Assembly: GCF_006345805.1 (NCBI RefSeq)
Contig: NC_043020.1
Coordinates: 5,704,001 to 5,768,000, forward strand
Direction of reading: 5' to 3'
From: Octopus sinensis
Lineage: Eukaryota
Length of the DNA: 64,000 nucleotides
The notes beneath the pieces are model-generated. The model had not been told where the DNA came from. It was given only the letters and a program-made list of their open reading frames with translations, and did no database searches. Below, piece by piece: positions 11,450 through 24,285 of this stretch. Positions within the stretch are counted from its first letter, which is position 1. Every line of letters starts with the position of its first letter. Both the position numbers and the translations under genes were made by a program.

Positions 11450-12857
11450 CATCAATGTTATTATTATTAAGGCAGTGAGCTGGCAAAATCATTAGCATGG
11501 TGGACGAAATGCTTAGCTGTCTTTACATTCTGGGTTCAAATTCTGCTGAGGTCGACTTTGTCATTCATCCTTTCAGGGGTCAATAAATTAAGTACCAGTT
11601 GCATACTAGGGTCGATGTAGTCAACTGGACCCCACACCAAAAATTTTGGGCCTTGTGCCTAGAGTAGAAAAGATTATTAACCTGGTATTTGAAACAGAAA
11701 TTAACACAAAATTTTTATGGAAAATGTTAATTTTAGATCACTTTAACCCTTTGGTGTTCATATGTCCTCAAACATAATCCTTATTTATTTACATTGTTTT
11801 GAATTAATCATACATTATCTCATAGCTTTGAGATTTCAATGATGTGATTATTTTTAAAATGACATTGTAGGGTAGGTGTAAGAGGCCAAATCCGACCAGT
11901 CTTAATATAAAAGAAGCAATAGGACAGAATATGATAAGGAGTTAAAGCAAGAATTTTGCATCACTGAACCGAAGAGTGGGCTTGAGGGGATTGGTGTCAA
12001 AAGGGTTAAAAATCTCACTGAGTATCTCCTAATTAGGTGAAGCACAGTTATTTTCCCCTGTCGTTTGCTGTCAAGAGATGAACATTTTAATTGGAAATGT
12101 CAACAAGTTTAGGAACAGTGAGTAGCAGCCATGAGAAGTACAGGAACAGTAAAGCGAAAGATGTTGTCTGCCTCGAAAATTTTGCTTGTCAAAGTGGGAA
12201 AAAATGACTTTTACTGAAGAATTGTCAGAGAAAGATATTATAAATAAATGTGTGTGCGTTAAGTGACAATGGCTGGCGGTATGTAAGAAGATGTTTCTTT
12301 GGTACTGGTACAAATGAAAACAGCAACAACAAGAAAAATAAGGAAAAAAAAAAACATGACTGTGGAAGATAGAATAGATAAAAATGGTAACATTGAGAAG
12401 AATGAGGATAAAAGTTTGAGAAGGTCAGAGAAAAAGTCAAGAAGAATATAGAAAACCATGATGACAATAATAACGAAATATTGACAAAAGCAACACCAAG
12501 GAAAAATGGTTCTCCTTCAAGAACCACCAACACGAGGACCAAACACTCAATTCAGTTTAAAACACCATCTTCTATTTTTACTTGTTTCTGCCATTAGACT
12601 GTGGCCATGCTGGGGCATCACCTTGAAGAATTTGCAACCGAATGAATCAACTCCAATACTTTTCTTTTAAAAGCCAGGTACTTATTCTATCAATCACTAT
12701 GACGAACTGCTAAGTTACAGGAACATAAACAAACCAACACTAGTTGTCAAGCAATTGTATTGAGGGCAAACACAGACCCAAAGATATGTGCACACAGACA
12801 TATATTTATGCAACAAGCTTCTTTCAGCTTCTGTCTGTCAAATCTACCCACAAGGCT

Positions 12858-13087
12858 TTAACCCTTTCATTATCAACCCGGCCAAAACTGGCTCTGGCTC
12901 TGTAGTACAAATGTCTTGTTTTCATAAGTTTGGCATTAAAATATACCACCAAACCTTAGTCGTAATTTATGTTCCTAACACTAGCTTAAGGATAACTAAG
13001 TTATTTTACTAAATTCTTAGTTATATTTAAAATTAATTGAAAGAAACACAGAGCATCTCAAAATAAATACAGTAATGAAAGGGTTAA
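12858..13087. mobile_element. piggyBac-like MITE (TTAA-CCCTTTC...GAAAGGG-TTAA)
   Basis: Perfect short terminal inverted repeats bounded by TTAA. Sits at the broken end of a family B SINE. Confidence 0.85.
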
Positions 13088-13330
13088 GTTAAGTTAATTT
13101 TTCGGCTCAAAAAGCAAAAAGCAAGGCCATGTAGGGGAACATGGAGTTATGTACAGGGGGGGTGTTCATGCAGAGAGTTCAGGCCATTTCTGGTCAAGAG
13201 AGACTTTCAACTGAACGGTTGTCGGCATCTTCACTATCTCGTCCGGCAGCTTATTCCACGGATCCGCAACCCGGATGGAGAAAGCCCCTCTCCTTCGATT
13301 GAGATGAAATCGTCGCAGATAGAGCTTGGG
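13085..13330 (-). mobile_element. CR1 3' fragment
   Basis: Near-identical to 404-760 (KLYLRRFHLNRRRGAFSIRVADPWNKLPDE). Confidence 0.85.
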
Positions 13331-13619
13331 CTTTAATAGAAGACTCTTGCCTGAGGTGCCACATGTTGGGACTGAACTCAGAACATTCACCAAAAAAGAA
13401 AGTGAAGAATTATATTTAACCCTTCTTGTGACATGCTGATGTAACATGCTAATCACATGTTAATTAACATATAACATGCCAATCACTTGCAAATCATCAT
13501 CTGTCTTAATGAAAATTATCACACTTGAATACCAGTAAGATTTTCACAAAATTTTTCTAGAATAAATAAATAACAATTTCAGATTCAGCATCAAAAATTA
13601 CATCTATATGATACATTAC

Positions 13620-14032
13620 TCTTTTGTTTCAGTCATTTGACTGTGGCCATGCCGGAGCACCGCCTTTAGCCAAGCAAATCGACCCCAGGACTTATTCTTT
13701 GTAAGCCTAGTACTTATTTTATCAGTCACTTCTGCCGAACCACTAAGTTACGGGCACATAAACACACCAGCATCGGTTGTCAAGCGATGTTAGGGTGGAC
13801 AAAAACAGACACACAAACATATACACACACATACATGTATATATGTGTGTGTGTGTGTGTGTGTATATATATACATACGACATGCTTCTTTCAGTTTCCG
13901 TCTACCAAATCCACTCACAAGGCTTTGATCGACCAGAGGCTATAGTAGAAGACACTTGCCCAAGATGCCACACAGTGGGGCTGAACCCAGAACCATGTGG
14001 TTGGTAATCAAGCTACTTACCACACAGCCACT
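13620..14032 (-). mobile_element. SINE family B
   Basis: Full-length family B consensus with internal (TG)n. Confidence 0.85.
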
Positions 14033-14589
14033 CCTACTCCTACTCATACTCCAGCAACACCACATGTGATCATCAGCTAATACAGGCTTTAAGAGCCCTT
14101 AAAAAGACAGGGAGACCACTGTTGGAATCTGCTCATTGAGAGATGATCCAGAATTCAACAAATACAACAACAACAACAACGGGTTTTCTCTGTAGCAGCA
14201 GGCAACATCACCAACTACAACAAAAAGAGGTCAAAGGTCACATGGCATGCCTTTCTCCCTTTACTTAGCTATGATAAAAAAACATTTTCAATGGTCTGAA
14301 AGAATTTAGGTCAGTTTGAGGTCAGCTGATCAGGATTATTGGACTGCTGTGTTTTTTTTTTTTTTAATCTTTTACTTGCTTCAGTTATTGAACTGTGGCC
14401 ATGCTGGAGCACTGTCTTGAAAAGGTTAGTTGGACAAATTGACTCCAGTACTTTTTGTTTTTTTTGGGGGGTTTTTTTCTGAAGGTTTGGTAATTATTCC
14501 ATCGGTCTTTTGCTGATCTGCTAAGTTACAAGGGCATAAACAAACCGACACCATTTTGTCAAGCAGTGGTGGTGAGGGACAAACACAAT

Positions 14590-14990
14590 CACAAACACTC
14601 ACAGAAACACACACACTCACTGAAACACACACTCACTGAAACACACACTCACTCACAGAAACATACACACACTCACTCACTCACAGAAATGCATACACAC
14701 ACAGAAACACACACACACACACACACTCACTCACTCACAGAAACGCATACACACACAAACACACATGCACTCACTCACTCACACACTCACTCAGAGAAAC
14801 ACACACACAAACACTCACTCACTCACAGAAATGCATAAACCCACACACACTCACTCACAGAAACACACACACACACAGAAACACACGCACTCACAGAAAC
14901 ACACACACACTCACAGAAACACACACACACACTCACAGAAACACACACACTCACTCACTCACAGAAACACACACACTCACTCACAATGAG
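14590..14990. repeat. Degenerate (CA)n array punctuated by CTCACAGAAA
   Basis: Read directly. Confidence 0.9.
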
Positions 14991-15104
14991 CTGCCACACT
15001 GGTTCATTCTACCAAATTCACTCACAATGGCCAGCCTATCTGTTTTATGTACAAACCAGAGAGATCTGGCCTCTTACACTTATCCTGCAATGTCATTTAA
15101 AAAA

Positions 15105-15500
15105 TGTGGTGAGTAGCTTGCTAACCAACCACATGGTTCCGGGTTCAGTCCCACTGCGTGGCACCTTGGGCAAGTGTCTTCTACTATAGCCTCAGGCTGA
15201 CCAAAGCCTTGTGAGTGGATTTGGTAGACGGAAACTGAAAGAAGCCTGTCGTATATATATATATATATGTATGTGTGTGTATATATTTGTGTGTCTGTGT
15301 TTGCCTCCCCCCTCTCAACATCGCTTAACAACCGATGCTGGTGTGTTTACGTTGTAGTAATTTAGCAGTTCAGCAAAAGAGACTGATAGAATAAGAACTA
15401 GGCTTACAAAGAATAAGTCCTGGGGGTCGATTTGCTCGACTAAAGGTGGTGCTCCAGCATGGCCACAGTCACATGACTGAAACAAGTAAAAGACTAAAAG
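15105..15500 (+). mobile_element. SINE family B
   Basis: Matches the family B consensus. Confidence 0.85.
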
Positions 15501-15736
15501 ATACACATCATTGAAATATTGAAGCTATAAAAGAATGCAGGATTAAATCAAAATAACTTGAATAAATATACATTACATTTGACAGAATAATTTTAATGGT
15601 AATGGGTTTAATGTTCCCTTGAGATAATGGGCCTTTATGCCCGAAATATTAAAGTTATTAAATTTATTCTTTTCCCAAATTCTAAAAGGCTCTTTCTCCT
15701 TACTTGTTTTACTTCTTTATCACTATGCTTCAAGCA

Positions 15737-16262
15737 GCAGTTCAAGAATTTGGACCTGGAGATCTCCATTTCCAGCGACTTCGGGGGCCACCTCCCAGTG
15801 GTGTTGGGTGTCAACGAAGAGCCCTCGACTACAACAAGACGACCAAAGTTTTTTGGGTTTTTTTTCCCCAAGGTCTGGGGTCTCCTGCCCCTAAGCCCTA
15901 GACCATCACCTAATCACCCTTACCCATCTTGTTGCTTAACAACAACCAACCAACCAAAAATCGACAACAACAACATGACTACCACCACCACTGTTGCCAC
16001 CACCACCTCAACCATCACTACCACCACCACCAACAACAACAGCTGTTCAAGAATTTGGACCTGGAGATCTCCATTTCCAGCGACTACGAGGGCCACCTCC
16101 CCTTTGGTGTCAGGCGTCATAAAAGAGCCCTCAGCTACAACAAGACGACCATAGTTTTTTTCTTGTTTTCCCCCAAGGTCTGGGGTCTCCCACCCCTAAG
16201 CCCTAGACCATCACCTAATCACCTTTACCCACCTTGTTGCTTAACAACAACAATGACAACAA
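15737..16262. repeat. Direct tandem duplication, period about 305 bp
   Basis: gttcaagaatttggacctggagatctccatttccagcgact...ccctagaccatcacctaatcacc occurs at about 15739 and about 16044. Confidence 0.9.
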
Positions 16263-16459
16263 CAACAATACTGCATTTTACACAAACATTATCTATCAGT
16301 GACACGTTTAGGTGAATGAATGAAGCAATGTCCGAGATAGAACAGGAGTCACTGTTTAACAGCGTAGAAGAGTAACATCATCTTTTGTGTTTTATTCACA
16401 CTACTACCTTTTTTGTTATATTTCTTTATATTTTTATTATTTTTTTTTCTGTATACTCT

Positions 16460-16664
16460 TTTACATGTTTCAGTCATTTGACTGCGGCCATGCTGGAGCA
16501 CCGCCTTTAGTTGAGCAAATCAAACCCGGGACTTATTCTTTGTAAGCCTAGTACTTATTCTATCGGTCTCTTTTGCCGTACCGCTAAGTGACGGGGACAT
16601 AAACACACCAGCATCGGTTGTCAAGCAATGCTAGGAGGACAAACACAGACACACAACCATATAT

Positions 16665-16717
<53 letters not shown>

Positions 16718-16875
16718 GATGGGCTTCTTTCAGTTTCCATCTACCAAATCCACTCACAAGGCTTTGGTCGGCCCAAGGCTATAGTAGAAGACACTTGCCT
16801 AAGGTGCCATGCAGTGGGATTGAACCCGGAACCATCTGGTTGGTAAGCAAGCTACTTACCACACAGCCAATCCTG
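16460..16875 (-). mobile_element. SINE family B
   Basis: Matches the family B consensus. Confidence 0.85.
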
Positions 16876-17816
16876 TATGTAAGCATTTAGGTATGTAAAT
16901 AAACAGATCAACATACAGACGGATAGGTACATAGGTTACAAGAACAGACACATATGGAGACACGGATCCACACATATAAAGATGCACATCCATACATACA
17001 AACATGGTACATAGTTACATAACACACACACACACAAGGAGACAGGTGTATACATATACAAACACACGCTCACACACACATACATAGAAAATACACAAAC
17101 ACGGACAGGCGAGCACATAAATATGCAAGATACGTACATACAGATGCACACACATACATACATATATACATATGCATACACACACACACACATACATAAG
17201 TACATGTATGCATGTATAGGCACACCCACACACACTGACCCACTGACCCCACAAAAGGGAACGCAGTGTAAATAATGGACAGTCAAGACTATTGAAAAGG
17301 TTGCAAGACGCAACGAAAATTTTAGGAAATAAAAATAAAAATAAGTGGAAATTTTACCGGTGAGTGTGTTAAATAATAAGGCACTAAAAGAGAATGACTC
17401 TCCCCAATTACAACAGAATATGCTTCAACACACGAACTCATATAAAGAATCTTGCAAACCAAATCCAAAAACGAAACCTTAATCTAGTTCTTGAAGAATT
17501 TAGTAAAATAATTCTGTTGTTATCAAAGCTGGCGTCTGGAACATAAAGTTACATGAAATCTTGATGGATGATTTTTAACTCAGATCACTTTAGAGCAGGA
17601 AGTTTATAAATTAGAAAATTACTGTTTTTAAATCTCACAACAAGAGATATTCAGCAACAGTGCTTTGGAGTAAAGATTGTTTGCCAACATAACACGGCAG
17701 TCCTGGTTTAGGACGAATGTTGCTGTAATTTAGATTCCCTTGTTCGTAAATATAAGGACACAGATCGTGTCGTATAGCCAGCTGGAGACGATGTCTCCTG
17801 GGGTTAAATTACAGCA

Positions 17817-18185
17817 ACATCATCATCATCATCATCATCGTTTAGCGTCCGCTTTCCATGCTAGCATGGGTTGGACGGTTCGATCGGGGATCTGGGAAGC
17901 CAGAAGGCTGCACCAGGCTCCGGTCTTATCTGGCAATGTTTCTACAGCTGGATGCCCTTCCTAACGCCAACCACTCCGTGAATGTAGTGGGTGCTTTTTA
18001 CGTGCCACCTGCACTGGTGCCAGGCGAGGCTGGCATTGGCCACAGTCGGATTGGTGCATTTTACGTGCCACCTGCACGGAAGCCAGTCGAGGCGGCACTG
18101 GCTTCGGCCACGATTCGGATGGTGCTGGTGCTTTTTACGTGCCACCGACACGGAAGCCAATCGAGGCGGCGCTGGCATCAGGACT
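17817..18185 (-). mobile_element. Family A retroposon
   Basis: (CAT)n tail plus body with repeated ggtgc(t)ttttacgtgccacc modules. Confidence 0.8.
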
Positions 18186-18574
18186 GCCATGTTATGTTGA
18201 CAAACAATCTTTACTACAGGAGGTTTATACTATGGAACTAGTAGTCTTGGGTAGGTTGGTCTCAAACAAGATTAAAAGAGAAGGATATGCGTTAGATCAT
18301 GTTAATTCATATTTCAAACACCAAAATCTCAAGGACAAAGTTATTCTACTAAATTCATTATTTTCAAAATTAATTGAAACAGAAGCCAGTGTATTTGAAC
18401 AGAAATATGCTTTAAAAAAAAGAGGGGAGGGGGAGATTTTAAACTCAAATTACTTCAAAACAGGAAGTGTGTATTATGGAACTAACAGTAGTCCTGGGTG
18501 GGTTGGTCTCAAAAAGGTCAAAAGAGAAGGATACACATTAAATCATGTTCATTCATACAGCTTCAAATAATAAT

Positions 18575-18960
18575 AATAAAGTTTTCTACAATAGGCACAA
18601 GACCTGAAATTTGTGGGGAGGAGACTAGTCAATTACATTGACCCCCAGTGTTTCACTGGTACTTAATTTATCAACACCCTGAAAGGATGAATGGCAAAAT
18701 TGACCTCAGCGGAATTTGAACTCAGAATGTAAAGACAGATGAAATACCTATTTCTTTACTATCCACACGGGGCTAAACACAGAGAGGACAAACAAGGGCA
18801 GACAAACGGATTAAGTCGATTATATCGACCCCAGTGCGTAACTGGTACTTATTTAATCGACCCCGAAAGGATGACAGGCAAAATCGACCTCGGCGGAATT
18901 TGAACTCAGAACGTAAAGACAGATGAAATACCGCTAAGCATTTTGTCCAGTGTGCTAACA
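18575..18960 (-). mobile_element. Dimeric SINE family C
   Basis: Full monomer fused to a headless monomer at the junction gaaatacctatttctttact (+ strand). Confidence 0.75.
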
Positions 18961-19778
18961 ATTCTTAATAATAACAATGATAATAATAATAATATTTTCT
19001 ACTCTAGGCACAAGGCCCGAAATTTTGAGGGAGGGGGCCAGTTAACTACACCAGCTTCAAAAAGGACAAACCTACTTTACTAAACACTTCTTTTATTTCA
19101 AAACAAATTCAAACAAGGCAGTGTATTTCCACAGAAATATGCTAACAAAAAGGGGTTAAATTGTCTTAACCCTTAATTCTGAATTAGCAACCACCGTTTC
19201 ATGGAATCCTTGCCTTTTCATCATCCACCTTAGACACATACAAAATAATAAAATGTTTGTGCGTAATGCTACGGGTTAAGTTTAAGATCTCTATCACACA
19301 AACAAACACAGTTTTGCTCACTGTTTTTCTTTCGGTGGGTGTGGGTCACCGTTGGGATGTCACTGGCAGATGTTATCAGTGAAATGATAAGAGATACAGC
19401 ACATGATCTTCTCTAACTGCTTAAAGGTTAAATATTTTCCCAATATTTTTGCTATACTACTACTATTACTAATGTTAATACTACTAAAGATACCATGAGC
19501 ATGTTAATACTACTGTTAATACTACTAAAGATACCATGAACATTAATACTACTAGAATCACAACAACATCACTACTACTACTACTGCTACCACAACCACC
19601 ACCACACTACTACTACTACTACTACTACCACCACTTCTAACATACAAACCAAGGAGAGATCCTCTTAAACAGGGGTCAAAGTGATTGATATATATATATA
19701 GTATTGTGTGTGTGTATATATATATATATATATAGTATTGTGTGTGTGTATGTATATATATATATATATATATAGTAT

Positions 19779-19813
<35 letters not shown>

Positions 19814-19890
19814 TATATCTATAGTTTTGAGTGTATATATATATATGGTATATATATAGTATAGTGCGTGTGTGTGTATGTATGTGTATA

Positions 19891-19937
<47 letters not shown>

Positions 19938-20189
19938 AACACCCAGCAGTGTATGTCGACTCTTTTGTTATCAATGCATCTGAGACTACACCCAGAGTTT
20001 TACGTTCTGTGATACAAGTTACGTGGTTTTAAAGTGATCTAAGAACTTTCCATCAAAATTTCATGTTAATTTACCGTTTTTAACCCTTTGACATTCAGAT
20101 TACTCAGGCAAATGTTACACTTGTTTATTCAGATTGTTTTGAATTAATAATGCATTATCTCGTTGTAGCATTTGAGATTTTGGTGATGA

Positions 20190-21030
20190 GATTGATTGTT
20201 AAAGCTGTTTATGGCTACGGTACGTCCACACTTAGAGTTTGCATCACCAGTTTGGAAACCTTATCTAGTTCGGCGTATCTCCTGGAAACTGTTCAGATAT
20301 GAGCAACCAGACGAATGCCTACCATCAGGTATCTATCATGTTTTGAATATCTTGCTTCCCTGGGCATGGACACATTAGTTATTTAGTTAGTTGGTTAATT
20401 TTTTGGCTCAAAAAGCAAAAAGCAAGGCCATGTAGGGGGACATGGAGTTATGTACAGGGTGGTGTTCATGTAAAGAGTTCAGGCCACTTTTGGTCAAGGG
20501 AGACTTTGAACCGAGCGGTTGTCGGCATCTTCACCATCACGTCCGGCAGCTTATTCCACGGATCCGCAACCCGGATAGAAGGGACAAACAAGGACAGACA
20601 TAGGTATTAAGTCGATTAGTTAGCTAGTTAGTTTTTTGGCTCAAAAAGCAAAAAGCAAGGCCATGTAGGGGGACATGGAGTTATGTACAGGGTGGTGTTC
20701 ATGTAAAGAGTTCAGGCCACTTGTGGTCAAGGGAAACTTTGAAGCAAGCGGTCATCGGCATCTTCACCATCACGTCCGGCAGCTTATTCCATTAAAACTC
20801 AGATGTCTGGCAACTGATCTGGCAGACACCCACAAGATTATCCATCATCTTTACAACAACCTTTGGCACCTTTTTGAATTCTATGACTAACATCTAAGGA
20901 ACATGCTTACAAAATTAAGAGCCAACACAGCACCCATGACTTTCAGAACCTCTTTTGACCCTTGGAATTTCTGAAGTATAGAATAAACTATCCACACCAG
21001 TTGTAAGGACATTTCCTTCAAAACCTTTGT
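20190..21030 (+). mobile_element. Old CR1 ORF2 fragment interrupted at 20378-20789
   Basis: LFMATVRPHLEFASPVWKPYL (CR1 LVRPHLEY...W.PY motif) ... LASLGMDT | LKLRCLATDLADTHKIIH. The frame rejoins across the insertion. Confidence 0.75.
20378..20789 (-). mobile_element. Chimeric insert: CR1 3' end + about 38 bp SINE C piece + CR1 3' end
   Basis: Two copies of the 404-760 family 3' end with (TAAC)n tails, separated by agggacaaacaaggacagacataggtattaagtcgatta. Confidence 0.8.
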
Positions 21031-21249
21031 GCTTCCTGAAATTCGCCAATAGTGCACCTGATGGCCCCCTACCTTTCAGAGGCAAAGTACCTCAGTTCTG
21101 TTCAAGCGGTGGGCCTCACAGAGGCAAAGTGGCCAAGTTCCTCTCGAGCATGGGGCCTCGTAGAGGCAAAGTGGTTGAGTTCCTTTCAAGCATTGGGCCT
21201 CACGGAGGCAATGACCAAGACCTTTGGCATTATGTCTTGCTTCAGAAGA

Positions 21250-21515
21250 AGACCCATGAAACCAAGCAAAATTGCAGTCATGGCAGATACCGATGTCATA
21301 CAAATGGCACCCATGCCGGTGGCACATAAAAGCACCCATTACACTCTCAGAATGGTTGGCATTAGGAAGGACATCCAGCCATAGAAAACCATGTCAAATC
21401 AGACTGGAGTCTGGTGCAGCCTTCCGACCTGCCAGCCCCAGTCAAACTGTCCAACCCATGCCAGCATGGACAACAGACATTAAATGATGATGATGATGAC
21501 GACGATGATGATGAT
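21250..21515 (+). mobile_element. Family A retroposon
   Basis: Body plus (TGA)n tail. Confidence 0.75.
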
Positions 21516-21569
21516 TTGCTATTCACTTCCTGTGCATTATTCTATGTACTTGAGGACTATATAATAAGT

Positions 21570-21770
21570 TCATTATTACCTCTGCCTTAGCAAAGGGGGA
21601 GGTATTGTTTTCTGTTGCATTTGATTGTTTGTTTGTTAGTGGACAAGATATCTCAACAACTGCTGGATGGATTCAGATGAAACTTTCAGGGATGTTTGGC
21701 CTTGTGACTGGCACATACTGATTAGATTTTGGGATTGATGATGTACTGAACAAAGATTCTAGACTTAAAA
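21570..21770 (+). mobile_element. Helitron/Helentron-type non-autonomous element (tentative)
   Basis: ttattacctctgcc...gaggtattg...(gttt)n...gatatctcaac...gatggattcagatgaaactttcagg resembles DINE-1/HINE-like architecture as I recall it. A similar piece lies at 60520-60800. Confidence 0.4.
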
Positions 21771-22049
21771 ACTAGTTTTTAAATACTGAATGGCTATGGG
21801 GGTCCACCAGAGTGAAATAGTAATCAAAAGGGTCCATAGATGAAAAAAAAAAAAAAAGAAGGGTTGAGAACCCCAGAGAAGAATGAGAAGCAAGATATTG
21901 AAGATATGGTCTGTGACTGACATGGTATTGATTTCATTACCCATCTCTGGACAGCTTCCAGTGTATCTAGTGGTGGACTGGGTCAAAAAATATTGGTTGC
22001 CAGGAGACTATGGGGACCCACCCGAAACTACAATGCTACTCTCTTTACT

Positions 22050-22445
22050 CTTTACTCTTTTACTTGTTTCAGTCATTTGACTGCGGCCATGCTGGAGCAC
22101 CACCTTTAGTCGAACAAATCGACCCCGGGACTTATTCTTTGTAAGCCCAGTACTTATTCTATCGGTCTCTTTTTGCCGAACCGCTAAGTGACGGGGACGT
22201 AAACACACCAGCATCAGTTGGGGGGACAAATACAGACACACAAACATATACACACATACATATATATATATATGTATACATATATACGACAGGCTTCTTT
22301 CAGTTTCCGTCTACCAAATCCCCTCACAAGGCATTGGTCGGCCCGAGGCTATAGCAGAAGACACTTGCCCAAGATGCCACACAGTGGGACTGAACCCGGA
22401 ACCATGTGGTTGGTAAGCAAGCTACTTACCACACAGCCACTCCTG
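22050..22445 (-). mobile_element. SINE family B
   Basis: Consensus match with (ctctttta)n tail on the + strand. Confidence 0.85.
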
Positions 22446-22753
22446 ATACTATTTAATTTTTTTTTTTTTAGTATTCTTTTCAACTGTCTACAAAACACAG
22501 CCAGGCTGAAATAATCAATACATTCTTCCAGGAGTGATTAAAAAATTCTCAAACTTGAGGGGAAGGGCCCCTTAGATACTAACATGGGCCCCCATATATG
22601 GATTCTAATGGCGCAGGGACCCACTTGCCATCAGGCAAGCTGATAACCAGGCCAGTCCGCCGCTGAGTATATCAATACTGCTTCTTAAAACATTATACTT
22701 GAATAATATAATTTACTGTTTGTTAGAATCACAGAATTGTGAAACTTGTAGAT

Positions 22754-22919
22754 AGGCGCAGGAGTGGCTGTGTGGTAAGTAGCTTGCTTACCAACCACAT
22801 GGTTCCGGGTTCAGTCCCACTGCGTGGCATGTTGGGCAAGTGTTTTCTACTATAGCCTCGGGCCGACCAAAGCCTTGTGAGTGGATTTGGTAGACGGAAA
22901 CTGAAAGAAGCCCGTCATA

Positions 22920-22958
<39 letters not shown>

Positions 22959-23150
22959 TTGTGTGTCTGTGTTTGTCCCCCTAGCATTGCTTGACAACCG
23001 ATGCTGGTGTGTTTACGTCGCCGTCACTTAGCGGTTCGGCAAAAGAGACTTACAAAGAATAAGTCCTGGGGTCGATATGCTCGACTAAAGGTGGTGCTCC
23101 AGCATGGCCGCAGTCAATTGACTGAAACAGGTAAAAGTGAGAGAGAGAGA
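22754..23150 (+). mobile_element. SINE family B
   Basis: Starts ggcgcaggagtggctgtgtggtaag (A box) with ggttcagtccc (B box). Confidence 0.85.
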
Positions 23151-23459
23151 ACAGGTGAAGCATACGCATGAACAAATAGATGAACAGGTTTTCATTCTCT
23201 TCAGGTATATGCTCTGATAGGTTTTTTTTTCTTTTCTTTTTTTAATAAAAGAATTACCTAAATAATTTATCGCTAGTATTGTACTTTTAAGTAGTTGGTG
23301 GGCTGCCAGAGTCGTTAGCACACCGAGCGAAATGCTTAATGGTAGTTCGTCTGTCCTTACGTTGTAAGTTCAAATTCTGCTGAAGTTAACTCTGCTTTTT
23401 ATCCGTTCAGGTAGGTAGGTAATTAGGTAGATGTGTAGGTAGGTCACACTCTTGCTTGA

Positions 23460-23650
23460 TGGGGCTGAGGTCATTCCAAGGTAGTGGTCCCAAAGGCATC
23501 ACCACGCACAGAGCTGACCAGGTCCACCAGTGATGCCCATTGCCAGCGGTCCTACGCCAGTCCCTCTGCGTCCTCCAAAGTGACACAAAACCTTTGGAGA
23601 TCTTCCTCAATCACATCCAGCCATCTGTTTCAAGGCCTTTCTGGGTTGAT
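23460..23650 (-). mobile_element. RTE-clade LINE ORF C-terminus, decayed
   Basis: Minus frame RP*NRWLDVIEEDLQRFCVTLEDAEGLA*DRWQWASLV matches the GRP..RW.D.I..DL.....A..LA.DR..W pattern. Two in-frame stops. Confidence 0.75.
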
Positions 23651-23714
23651 AAAATAAGTTCTGGGATAAAATAATTACTCCTGGGTAACAGTATTAAAAA
23701 ACTGCGTCCTTCTA

Positions 23715-24285
23715 CCAAGCTATATTGAGCTAGTGTGGCAGAGTGGGTTCATCCAACCGGTATGATCTCAAGCTCAAATTCATGGCCTCCACATCAGACC
23801 GCAGTTGGTGATGAGAACGTGCTGAAGCCTTTGTCCTGCAGTGGATTGAATATAGGCAATCCAACCTCAGGTCAGTCTTTGGTTTGAGTATAAAACCTGC
23901 ATCCTCCTGCCAAGCCATGTTGAGCCAGTGTGGCTGAGTAGACTCATCAAACCAGTCTGATCTCAGGCTCAGATTCATTGTCTCCACATCAGGTTGTGGT
24001 TGCTGGAGAGAACATGGTGAGGCCTTTGTCCTGCAGTAGATTGAACATGGGTAATCCAATCCAATCTGACCTCAGGTCAGTCCTTGGTATGAGTATAAAA
24101 ACTGCATCCCCCTGCCAAGCCATGTTGAGCCAGTGTGGCTGAGGAGACCAGTCTGATCTCAGGCTCAAATTCATGGCCTCCACATAAGACTTGGTGCTTG
24201 GTGGAGAGAACATGCTGAGGTCTTGCTCCTGCTGAGGTCTTGCTCCTGCAGAGCTCTGAACATAGGCAATCCAATCCAATTGCAC
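23715..24285 (+). mobile_element. Triplicated RTE-type 3' terminus (period about 195 bp)
   Basis: gcctttgtcctgcagt at 23827 and 24022, degenerate at about 24220. Translates ...DRSW**ERAEAFVLQWIEY and CWREHGEAFVLQ*IEHG*. Confidence 0.6.

Noticed and set aside
18139-18570. 143-aa non-repetitive-looking ORF
   Set aside because: Starts in a family A retroposon and runs through two tandem MITE-related units (the KREGY.L.HV.SY repeat reflects the DNA repeat).
22754-22830. tRNA genes (also heads at 3190, 3450, 4076, 37340-37415 and 61454)
   Set aside because: A/B boxes are present, but each continues into a repeated SINE body without an acceptor stem or poly-T terminator. These are SINE heads.
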